A DNA stretch of 64,000 nucleotides from NCBI GenBank assembly GCA_964658305.1, contig OZ210885.1:7378001-7442000 (forward strand), given 5' to 3'. The stretch is from Leptogorgia sarmentosa (Eukaryota). The translations under genes were made by a program, and so were the position numbers. The notes beneath the pieces are model-generated. The model worked only from the letters and a program-made list of their open reading frames with translations, was not told the origin of the DNA and made no database searches. Positions 50,448-62,571 of the stretch are shown here, in pieces (position 1 is the stretch's first letter; every line of letters begins with the position of its first letter).

Positions 50448-52309
50448 TTTTTCGCTCTAAAATCAAACTATTTTGACTGTTGTGAACTCTTCGCAACAAA
50501 GACACACGGACGTGTTTTAAGCTTTTGGTATCTGCGAACGCAGATACTATGCTATGATCTTTCAGCTGTTAGCTGTTAGCTGTTAGCTGTTAGCTGTTAG
50601 CTTCTAGCCAATCAGCGACGAGCTTTTGCTTATAATTACGTAATGCAAGATGGCGGCGTTCGAGGAGTGAAGGCGATGTTCGATCGGATTTTTGCGAAAA
50701 TGTGAAGTGCAGTGTTTAAGTACGACGCTTTAAGCAAACAATCTTGACTTTGCAGGTCCCTGTCAATGTGCAGTTGTAATTTAACAAAGGATTTGAAACG
50801 GCAGCGTGCTGTTTTATCGGCCTTTCGATTTGTAAATTGAAAATGCGTACAGAGCACACTGTCCAGATGGCCGACCCATGAACGGTTTTGTCACAGCACG
50901 CTATATAAAAACTGGATACATTCTGTTGAAGTAGCCTGTTCGCAGGTTAAATCTAATCATATTCAAGATGGCGGTCAAAATTGAAATAAGGCCAAAACGA
51001 TATAATTAAATAATTTAATGACATTTACATGTAATATTAGGTAATCCCACGATATTCAGTGTAAAGCCATAGTTTTATACATATTGGAGGCACAAAGAAA
51101 TTTTTTTCCCAAGGAATTTCCTCGTATTTTCCACGAAAGAGTCGAAGGAGGAAGGTGAGAAATGCTGTATATGAGAACAGTCAACACTAACTAAACATCG
51201 CATATTTAATAAGACAGCATGCTGATTTAGGAAATCAGTTTGAGTATAGTTCTAGGTTTTAATGTTTTGTGCGTTGGGCTGTTAGCTTTGGGGTTCGATT
51301 AGTTTCATATTTAGGGTTAGCTTTAGTTTATGTTCATTTATTGCTTGCAAACCAATACTTTAGCGGTAGATTTAAGCGCAACCTGGACTTTTTAGCATGT
51401 CCCATTGCGCTTTCCGACGACTCATCCGTCAGTTCTGCTTCACCATTCGCAGATACATGTGCGCTTTGCGAACCTATTTTTTAATTTTGTACAAATATCA
51501 AACGAATAGATAAATTAAGTTGTCAAAATAGTGCTTTTTTTATGGTTTTTGTCCTTCGAAGTTTCTTGATCTTTTCCTTACAAACAACAACAACACGTAA
51601 ATTAACTTATATAATATTCCTTAAAAATGTCAAAGTGTCAAAACAAGTGTGTTGATTTATTTAGGTAAATTTCATTCTGTTTAGTTCAATTAAAATTCCA
51701 CTATATGAGTCTTCAACAACAACAAAGTTAATGAATGCATAATAAATACACAATATATACTGTAAACTTTATGCCAAGATGCAATTTTGACTATAAGAAC
51801 AAAATAGATGGAAGAGACCATATAATAAATAATACAAACCTGGTATGAAGCACAAATAAAAAGCTTGTCTGCCACAATTTGTTCAATTCTGCATTTACTG
51901 TAACTACAGAACTAACTACACTGTAACTACAGTACACTTTCAGAGCATTTGACATTGTTTAAAATTGAACTTGAACAGTAATATTAATTATATAATTAAC
52001 TGTACTACTAATATTAATTGTATTGTTGTTTAGTCCTGATCAATATTATTTCTACTTTAGGAGCTTATTAAATATTAACTTATCACTTCACAGAGATTGA
52101 GAACAACTCTGACAAATTGTATCAGTACAGTAGAATCAAATACTGATTGATACTAAAATATTCTACAAGTGAACATACTTGGAAAATTTGGGCCAAATTC
52201 TTTAGAAAAATGCTCAATAGGAAAGACTAACATATGCAGGGGAGCACATTCCAAAAATTTCTGGGGGGGTGCCAAGTTTTTGGGGACTGCATTTCATGGT
52301 TTAGTATCC
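50448..52309 (-). repeat. Inverted copy of window 1-912 (flank, BEL 5' LTR and 30 bp of internal sequence)
   Basis: 52309 corresponds to base 1; LTR copy at 50478-51645 is split by an insertion; shares the 5'-LTR-specific deletion. Confidence 0.95.
50527..51476 (+). mobile_element. Helentron-associated non-autonomous element (HINE/DINE-1-like)
   Basis: Inserted in a T run of the LTR; subTIR GTATCTGCGAA (50528-50538) / TTCGCAGATAC (51446-51456); 5' palindrome; (AGCTGTT)n microsatellite; 3' stem-loop at 51459-51473. Confidence 0.82.
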
Positions 52310-54206
52310 TACATGCCCGCTCCATCATATTCTCAAAAAATGCTAGTTTAAAGACTAGAATCTACAAAGGATTAAATGCGATAAACGCATTGGAGCCTTG
52401 ATTGCTCCAATTTGTACATGCAATCAGAAAAAGACACATCAATAAGATTCGGAATATAGACTATTGCAATTTTGTAAGCATTTTTGTATCTGCATATTGC
52501 TATCGCGCTTGTTAAGTTAAGGTTACATCACACCATGGAGCAGTACTTTGAGAAAATTTGCCATTGCACGCTCAGGTTTTGACGAATTTGTCTGAAATTT
52601 TGCACAGATATTGATAAATGTCTCGAGAAACTACAATCGTTACCGCAGATCAGTACGCTTTAACAAAAAGCCGCACTGAGAGTTTTCCTAAATATACACA
52701 CTATTTGCGCCGCGAGAATTAAGTAGCGCCGGTTTTATCCAAAAACCTCGCAAATGCCGTGTTTCTATTCCTAAGTGATGAAAGAAGAAAAATGTGTTCG
52801 CATTTGTTGACAGACATTTTACTTGCTTTGATATAGAACATCAACGTTGATGTAGTGTTTTTGACAATACGAGGTTGAGGAAAATGCCTGTAAATAAGAA
52901 AGTACTTCATTAAATCGAAAACGCGAGCACATTTTTGCTGCACAGATATTGTTTAATGTCCTGTAAAAAATTGGGGAAAATTCGTTCAAACGCTGTCAAC
53001 TTATTTTACTTTTTGTAGAGGAAATTTGCAATATTTTCAATTGCTGTAAAAGACGGATTAATGTTTCGCGGGGTCTTGTCAGCCTCTCCACCCTCTTAAT
53101 TAACACCTCCGGTATGGAACCAATCATAATCGCGCGGTTTGGTATACCTTGTTAAGTTTTGACAAGGTGTTTTGGCATTGAAATTTGGGTAGAATACATG
53201 TAATGCTATACGAGAGACTCGTTTCTACACTTCGCACCCTTTCTTTTAGACATGTCGCTATTCAGCACGCGAATAATGTTTGAGAAATATGCAGTGCTGT
53301 AACTAATATCGTATATTGCCCCAAACTCAGTACCAATTCACACCTTCAAATTATGGATAACACCTTGCGCTATGCCGGAATGACAGTATGTGTCTAAAAC
53401 TTTCGCGCGCAATTTTTTATGTCAGAAAAAAAGCATTTCTCTATATCTCCGTCGCATTTCAATATTTTGCGAAATATGATAGATACTTATGTCTATAATG
53501 TAACTGTGTAAAAACATAAAAAGTCAAAAAATCAACTTTTCATAGTGTGGTGTAACCTTAAGTTTGTTACGTAACGACAAGATGGCGGCCGTGGAGGAGC
53601 GGAGGCGATGTTGCAATGTTTTTGCTAATAAAATGTGAAGTGTAGTGTTGAAATGCGAACGTTGGGGCAAACAATTTTGTCTTTCTAAGTCCTAGTAAAT
53701 ACACAATTGCAATTCTACAAAGTGTTTATAAGGCAGCGTGTTATTTCATCGAAGTAGAAGTTGCGATTCTGTAAACTTGATCTCGTAGTATTGCGGTTGT
53801 ACTGCGCAATATAAATCTCAGCGTGTTATTTCGTCGAATTAGAAGTTGCGATTCTGTAAATTTATTCTCGCAGTATTGCGGTTGCATTGTGCAATATAAA
53901 TCCCAGCAAATATCATATGCAATAACATGCAGTTTGAAAACGGCAGCATGTTATGTTAGAATGTTTGTACCGATAGAATATAAAGTGTAGTCTTCAAATA
54001 CGAAAGTTTAGGCAATCAATTTTCACATACTACATCTCAGTAAGTGCGCAATTGCAATTTAACACGATATAGACAGAATATGTTGTATATAAGTGGTTTT
54101 ATACAAAGGGTAAACTTGGTCACTAGAAAGCCACATATTTCGCAAAGCAATCACAAGAAGCGACAACATAACCCCCCCACACACACACACCTAATGTGCG
54201 CCCCTG
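52237..54206. mobile_element. Non-autonomous hAT-type element carrying nested insertions
   Basis: TIR CAGGGG(A/C)GCACAT / ATGTGCGCCCCTG; 8-bp TSD AA(C/T)ATATG, with the right copy split by the 54212-54480 repeat; the same end appears inverted at 1-73. Confidence 0.75.
52521..53557. mobile_element. Kolobok-type non-autonomous element
   Basis: TTAA TSD; TIR GGTTACATCACACCATG / CATAGTGTGGTGTAACC. Confidence 0.8.
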
Positions 54207-56806
54207 AATATTTAACAATTAGACAACGAGGCAGAGTTGTCTATGAGCGAATAGTCAACGAGGCCGAGTTGTCTAATTGTTTTAGTATACACTCTATGCC
54301 CAGAATTGTTTATATGAAGAAAATTCTTCAGAAACCTCAGCAAAACGCGAGTTTTCTGCAGTAGCCATATTGTTTTCCTTTGCTTTTTCGCGAACCGTGG
54401 TCTATCACAGAATAGACAAACGGCTGAGTAGCCAATCAGAATGTAGCATTTGTAATAGACGATGGTTGGGTGTATACTAAATGTAGATAGAAAATAGCAA
54501 AGAAAGGGGCTTATCAAATACCAGCATTTGCATTTCATTAATATTATGATTCTATTAATTATCAAATATATCATTTTAGATACTGATAAGTATAAATGCC
54601 TATTTCATTATCCCTACTTGACATTGCCAAATTGCACGCGTGTTTGGCGAAATACCGTGAGTGCGAAGCACGAGAACAAGTGTAATTTCCTTTTAATATC
54701 ATTGTAGTCAATTTCAGTGCAATTTCAATATCAAACAAATGAAAATCCATCGTAAAATTATACGAGAAACAAAAATTTTACTGTAGTTTTACTTGTTTTT
54801 AAATTTACCGCTCGCATATCGCGGGCTCGAAGTGTGGTATTTGAAAAATTATTTACACACCTGTGTAATTAATGTTTAATTCTCACAGTTGTTGAAGCTT
54901 TTTTATGTGTATGGCAAACTTACCTATAATCTAAATACCTTTCACTAATCAAATCTCGTACAACTTAATTGCATTGCGAAATTTTGTCGGAAATCGTCCA
55001 GTGTAACACCAGCTTTATCTCGATATCTTCGTAGAAACTTTGCACTATCCTTGGACCCCTTACTTACTGTTTTTAATGCTTCTTTTCCCATGGAAAATTC
55101 CATATTTAGCGTTGATCTCAAAGATGAATCCAGTAAAAGCAGAAGCTAATGTTATAAGGATTTCTCGTCTGTTGGTAGACAAAGGAGGCGAAGCATTAAG
55201 AGCTGCTCTTCATGTTAAACATCCACCTGCAACTTTATCCACCGTATTGAATACAAATAAACCAGCCTTGAAGAAGATAAGATACAGTGTAATTAAAGCC
55301 TCGCAGTGGAACTTACTCTTTCCTGCTTCGGGGACACCAGATTCAAAACATTTTGATGTAACATTATTGACAATTCTTCTACGAAATATTTGTGGATTGC
55401 CTCCACCAGCGACTGGGTGGGATGTTATGCCTCCAACTAGCGATACTTCGATATCCGCGAATATTACGAGAATCAAAATCTTTAGAAACGACGTGTACGG
55501 TCATACAGCAAGTGCTCAGTTAGACGACACTACATTTGAAACATTGTGGCAAGAAATTTCAAATTCTTTGGTGAAGCTAGGAATTCCTCAACAAGACATT
55601 GATGAACTGAAAGAAGCTCCTCTCAGTCCTGAAGAAGAAAGTTATGTTGAAAAATTGAAGGAATGGAAAGAACTGGAGAATGAAATCTTGTCAGAACTGG
55701 ATGATATTGAAAGTGGTGAGAAAAAGCTTCGAAGTGAAATTCCTGCGTTACGAAAAGCCAATCAAATGACGAATTTCTCGCAAATCAACCGACTATCCAA
55801 GTTTAACTTTACTGGAAAGATCAAAGATCTAAGTGGAATGTTTCACGAAGGTACAAGAGTATGGCTTCTTGATGAGATCTCAAGATGGATGGATAAAGAA
55901 TATCCAAAGGTTATGATTGTGACTGCAGGGCCTGGCATTGGGAAAAGTGTTTTGTCAGCAAGGATTTGTGAACTGTACAAAGAACTTGGTCAACTCGCCG
56001 CATGCCATTTCTGCGATTTTAGAAAGTCAGATTTCAGAAATCCTCACATAATTCTACAGTCTCTTGCGAGTCAAATGTGCGAGAATGTTGAAGGATTTCG
56101 TGATAAACTGTCAGAAGTTCTTTGCTTTGACCATTCTCGGGACTTGCAATCAAACGCTTTCCGTGTCCTTTTGAACGAACCACTTTTTAAACTGGACAGA
56201 CACGATAAACCAATGTTGATCGTTGTTGATGCTTTGGACGAGAGCAAGACTGATGACAAAAGTGAGTTTTTAGAGTTGATATCAGAACAGTTTTCGCAAT
56301 TACCAGCATGGATTAAGATATTTATAACCAGTAGACCAGGGTTCAAAGTACGGAAGAAACTTTCACACATGAATCCTTTTGAAATCCTCCCTGATGACAA
56401 ATGGCACAATTTCAAAGTCGTCTTTCCACAAGATATTGATGAATTGAAGAAACATCCTCTCAGCCCAAAAGAAGAAACATTTATTAGAAAGTTAAAAGAA
56501 TGCAAACAAATTGAAGATCTTACCGCAAACGTTGAAGAAACTGACAAATTATTAAGCGACATTGAGCAGTCAAAACTGTCTACAACTGGAGACAAAGGTA
56601 TTTTTTTTTCACGTGTTCGAACTCATTATTTACTGTATCTTTAAATAAATTTAAGGCCAATGTTGGTTGCGCATAATTACATCCAAATGCAGTAAAAGTT
56701 CCGCTCATCACCTAAATGATGTGACGATGAAAAGATTCTTCGCTAGGGATCGGTGTAAGAATCCCAACAAATATGATTATTTTGCAAATAACTGCCTTTT
56801 TTATTA

Positions 56807-56985
56807 GTACAGGTAATAGTATGGTTTCGAGTGCAATTTGGAATTAACATGCACGAGTGAGTTTTCCAAAGACCTCAAAGTAGCACGAGTCCAAAGGACG
56901 AGTGTTATTTGAGGTCTTTGGAAAACTCACGAGTGTATGTTATCCAAATTGCACGAGAAACCATACTTATTACCTGGTAATATTA
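56807..56985. repeat. ~85-bp-arm intronic palindrome (hairpin-ended repeat)
   Basis: CAGGTAATAGTATGGTTTC..GAGTTTTCCAAAGACCTCAAA / TTTGAGGTCTTTGGAAAACTC..GAAACCATACTTATTACCTG. Confidence 0.8.
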
Positions 56986-59900
56986 CCTATTAGCGAAATT
57001 TCAAAGCGAAATTTCACCGCCAGAGTTTTCTTGCTTAGTTTATTTCACATTTTACAGCGTTTACGGTTTTAAAATTCACCCAAACACGTAACTTTTGTTA
57101 GTCTTGTTTGAGATAAAGTTTTTTCCGTCATAAGAAAAAGATAAAAGCTATATTTTCGACCCGCAGACAATTTTTACTTTGTTTAGCGCGGCCGCCATGT
57201 TTGTTTTGTTTTGAAGAAATCTGTAGCTTGAGCTCTAATTTGATTGGTTCAAAGTGGTAACAGAAAGTTGCACTGTGATTTGGGATTAACTGCACTGAAT
57301 CGACCAATCACAGTCGAGTAATACTTTATATGCAAAATATAAAAACGTTCGATACAAAATAAATATAAAACTATGCTATCCAAAATCTCAAAATTATTGT
57401 AATAGACAATAAGCCACAATTAGGCCAAGCGCAGATGGAAAACTTGGAGAAAAATTTACCAGCATCCTTCTCGGAAGGCTGATACTGAGCAAAATTAATT
57501 TTGGAGTATCAGGACTGCGTCGTCATAAAACGTTGCTAAAAAAAATACTCTCGATTCTTCATATAATTCAATTGCTCGACCATACTTGATTTATTGCTCT
57601 GACAACCCAGCGGATTTAGGCACAAAAAATTGGCGACATTGATTCGTAATCGAATACGCAACTGGATCTATTTTTTCTACATAATCGATTTTTAGAAAAA
57701 CCTCTTCGCACGAATTTGAGCTAATTATTCAAGATTAACTATTCTATATTTATATTTTCTAGATTTCCATAATTTAACTTCAGAATTCTCTCTCGTACAT
57801 CCACACAAGAAAATTTGCCTTACAAATGAACCGACAAACCTTGTGCAAATGTTTAAATTCCTTGGCGGTCTTACAAATAAAGTGGTTGAGCATTATTATA
57901 CAAACCACTTAATTTCTTTCAATATCGAATCTCCAAACGTAGCCGAGGAAAAATTCACTAAAGAATTACTAAATTCTATTTTTGACATCAAAGCTGTGTT
58001 CGCACAAACATTACATTCGCTAGATTTATTTCAGAGCTATCTTGAACGTCCAAGCGAGGAAACTGCTGGACCGTTGAAACTGTTACTTGATCGCAGAAAA
58101 TATTCATGTACAAAACTTCTCTCACCAGGCGAAATTGACAGTTTCTTAGAGGCTTCGCGTTCACTTCTAATGACACATTCGCTCAACGGTAAAGAAAATA
58201 AAGAATCTCAGGATTTTGAAAATCAAAACTTGGATCTTGATTTGAATGCGCAACCAAACCGTAATTCTCCTCCTCTATCACCAAATTACAAGAGCAAGAA
58301 GAAAAAGGAAAACAAGAATTGGCGTGGAAACATTGACCACGACGACGTTGCTCAAACTTATGATCACAATCCTGGAAGTACTTTACAGAAACCTGAAGAT
58401 GATTTGGTACAAGGCTCCTTAAAAACAAAGACGAAAACCAAAGTGCAAGATTTTGCATGTTTAGAAGAAGATTCTAATCGTCAACAATGTAAAAAAGGAA
58501 AGAAGCCCGAAAGAAAGATATTCAACGATATCAATGTTCCGCAGATGGGAAAAGAATGTCAGGGAAAATGGATTCCTGGGCATATTGGAGATTCTCGTCC
58601 CGACAAAAAGATGAAGTATGAAAAGATGTCGCAAGAAAACGCGTTGAAAGGAAGGAATTCGCTCTATTTCTCGCAGCCATCAACTCGGATGATTTCCGCA
58701 AGAGTAACAGAACTGGAGGATGAAAACCTGTCTCTTAGAAAGCAACTGGCAGCATTGCAGTCCATAAACAAAGAGATCTTGTCAGAGCTTGGCGAAGTAA
58801 CAGTTGAGAAGACGGCTAAAGAAAACGAAGAAAGAAAATCGGAGCACTTCCGTCACATATTTCAATCTCCCTCACAGGAAGATAAAAGATCGGCCATGCC
58901 CAACTCTCGAAAGCCCAGATCGAATGAGTTGGGCAACAACGGCGATCAAGGATACCTTGTTGCAAATGGTTCGTCAAGACCTCCGATCAGTTGTAATAAG
59001 GAGGCAGTACTAAATTCATCATCTGTCGATGAAGCAGCTTCCTCTCGTGGTCACCTCGTCAATGGAGCCGAGGCCTTGGTGCCAGATAACAACCATGAAC
59101 CAGGCGGGGTAGCGAATGTCCGAAATGACGAAAATGAAAGGACGTTCCAGGCAAGAAATCAGGAAAGCAATACTGTTAACGGCTTCGAGCAAACCGCAAC
59201 GGTCCAAAATACAGCAAGTATCCAATCTACAGAGAACTCCAGTGGCGGAGAGGGAAGTAGTCCATCAGGAAATGTCGAGGGAGCCCGCGATCAGGCGTCC
59301 GCATCCCAGCGTGGTTTGTCATTTTCGGTCCAGCAAGATGATTCTGGAAGAGAGTCCATATCATTGAGGAACATTCCACCCACATCAGTTGCAACAACCT
59401 TGTATAACAATTACAAGCTCCTTTTGCTATCCCTTGCACAAAACCTTCTCTCCTCGGACGTCATGCTATTACAAGACTGGACGGCTCAGAATTTCTCAAT
59501 CAATAACCCACGGAATGCCATGCACTGATATTCTCTTTCAACTTGATGAAAAAGGAGTCATCAACGCTTCAGATTTACATCAACTCTCTGATTTCTTTGA
59601 ATCCATTGTCAGATTTGATCTTGTGCATATTATAGACGCATTTCTCCTTGGTGACTATGATCTACTTCGTCAAAGTCAAGCATCTAAAAAGCACGCTGCA
59701 AATCTGGTACAAAACCATGGACGTAGAGCCATTACGAGGAATCCAGGTTTTCTAAATGCCATGAACAGCGGTCAATTTTCGATGAACACGAGCAGAAATC
59801 TGTCCAGAGCACCTGTAAACAGTGGAGTACATAATTCCCTGCCTTCGACTCAACCGCAATCTTCGAGAAGCTTCTCAGATACATCCAATTCAACACGCAG

Positions 59901-62437
59901 TTCTGTTAGGTCTCTGAGAAACCAATCCTCGGCATCTGAGCAGCAAAACCCCGGTAAACCAGCTGGTGGATTTAATTCAGTTAGAATGGCCGAGGTAACA
60001 GTTAATGCGGATGGTCCAGTTACAAGTAAGTGTACCTGTAGTTTCTCATATTTTGATAGATTTTAAAACTTAGTTTCTCTAAAAACAATTTGATGAGTCT
60101 TGGCGACTTCGAGTTGTAACCAAAATTAACCATATATGCATTATTTTTATTAACCATATATGCATATATGTACTGTTGTTTGTCTTATTAAGTTTTACCC
60201 CGCCTATCGAATCGCGTTGTTCTTTAACTGATAGGTAATCCCTTCCAAAATCGTAACACTTATATACTTGAATTTACCAAACAAATACCTGTCACATTCT
60301 TGTGTTAAAATCCCAACCAAAATCCTCAACCTGATCCCAATCCTGATCCTAATCTCATTCTAAAAATCTAAAAATAATATCAGCCCCTAGGCCCCCTATA
60401 AATCGTGATTCATGTGTACCAAACACTTTGTAAGGTCCACAAGCGTTATTTGATTTCTTTATCTGAATTGCCTTGATTAAACAAAGATATTGCGTGAAAC
60501 AAAAATATTAAATACTATCAAGTTGCTATATTGAAAGGGTATTAGCTACTTTCATTTTCACATGATTAATGACTCGAACTGTGTCGAAAGAAAGTCCACA
60601 ATACTGGAATCTAGCTCTGTCCATTTTGCGTTGTTTTTTAATATTTCCATGAACTGCTACGTTCTGTTTATTGCTTCTCTAACTCCTTCTTTAAAAATAT
60701 AGACGAGAGAAGAACAACGTCTGGAAATGATGGAACAAGGACAACTTTATCATCAGCAAATGGCGTACGTAATACTCGGGCAGTCGGTAACGGTGGTTCA
60801 AAACTTTCCAAGTTCCAACGTCCAGACAATGAACGAAGCAACAGTCCCAACCGGGACCCAGACCGAGACGACAACTGGTTATGCAGTCATTACAAACGAC
60901 ATTGTTATGTCAAATTTGATTGTTGTGACAAGTTTTGGCCTTGTCATCGTTGTCATAACAACCAAAGCACGTGCGGTCGAAAGAAGCTGAAATCACGTGA
61001 CACGAAGATGCTGAAGTGTGTATATTGTAACAAAGTACAACAGGTAACCCACATTTTATGTCGTAGATAAAATTTGTAGGCGACGCCGAACTTGTTCCCA
61101 AAAATGATGATTATTTGTGCTAACTGACAAGGTGTATGAGATTAACAATCGTTTGCGTATTTATTTTCTAAAGTGAAGATTTTGCAATAATCAAATTTAG
61201 TATGATAAATATTATTAATAGAGAATGAAGAAATATCTATGAAATTTTTTTAGTTTGGTGAACATTGCTGCAATTGTGGTGCCAGATTTGCGCAGTATTA
61301 TTGTGGAATGTGTAAACATTTGACTGGCACCGATGATCATCCGTATCATTGTGAAAAGTGCGGAATCTGCAGGTATGTTTTAATTAGCATAATCGACATA
61401 ATTAACACACTCTCTTTAGGTACACCAATTAGTCAATCGACCATAATATACATTATGATATATTCTCGGGCTTCATGACTACCACTGCCTGTATGTTTTA
61501 CGAGAGTCGTAATAGAAAGCAATTACAAATACTCGAAACTTCTATGAGAACTATATAGCTCTGACAAAAATAAGGAATCGGGAATAAAGTGTGAGATATT
61601 AAGTTGTTTCAATCGAAAAATAGATTTCTATCTGACTGCTAGGTCCCACTCAATTGAACCAACTATGAGTTGAATTTCACATATTCTATTCACTTTATGA
61701 ATCAACCTTAGGAGGTAAAACAAGCGTTGAGTGAACAACAGATACAAGTTGGGAAATAATAGGTTTTTGGCGGGAAATTGGTTGGGGAGTTTTTATAGGT
61801 GAAGAAATTAATGCAATGCAACATTTGTTTTATATCAGAATTCACGGAGATCGTTCGTTTCATTGTGATGTCTGTGGAGTTTGTTTGGATGTGCAACTTC
61901 GTGGAAACCACAAGTGTCGTGAAGGCTCCGCGCATGACGAGTGCTGCATTTGCTTAGAGGTACTGTTTCACTTTCAAATATGTTTCACTATGTCACTTTC
62001 ATTTGTTGTATGAAGTTTTGGAAGTAATTAATCTACTATGGAAACGCCCTGTATTACGTTTTACTATATATGACCTTGCAAAACAGTTTAGTTTGAACCC
62101 CCACCCCTACCCGCCACCTACACACGTAAAAATATCACAATTTGTATCGAATCTGTTGTGTTTGCACTGATTATCCCAGTTTGGAGAAAATAGTGTATAA
62201 TTTTGAACAAGCTTGACGGGAATATCTGACATTGTGACTTGAATATCCCACATACACCACACCTGAATCACATGTTGTAGCTTCCGTTTTCGATACAAAA
62301 CCTTTTGTTGCACTTTTTGAAAAGTGGTAACGCTTTTCTGGCAGTAATACAAAAAAGGTACAACATGTGCAAGCTTCAGCTGACCGTACTTTCCACAATT
62401 CACGATATTTCGCAACCAATCTTCGCAAGTATACCAG

Positions 62438-62571
62438 GGACCGGTTGTATAAAACTCTTTACTATCCGTTTCGTAGTTAAATGATAGTTAACATTGAAAT
62501 ACGCGTTTCTGATAGCTCAATTTTCACACTTAACTATGTTAACTTTAACTACGTTTTTATACAAGCGGCCC
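62438..62571. mobile_element. Harbinger-type MITE in an intron
   Basis: CAG TSD; TIR GG(A/G)CCG(G/C)TTGTATAAAA. Confidence 0.7.
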
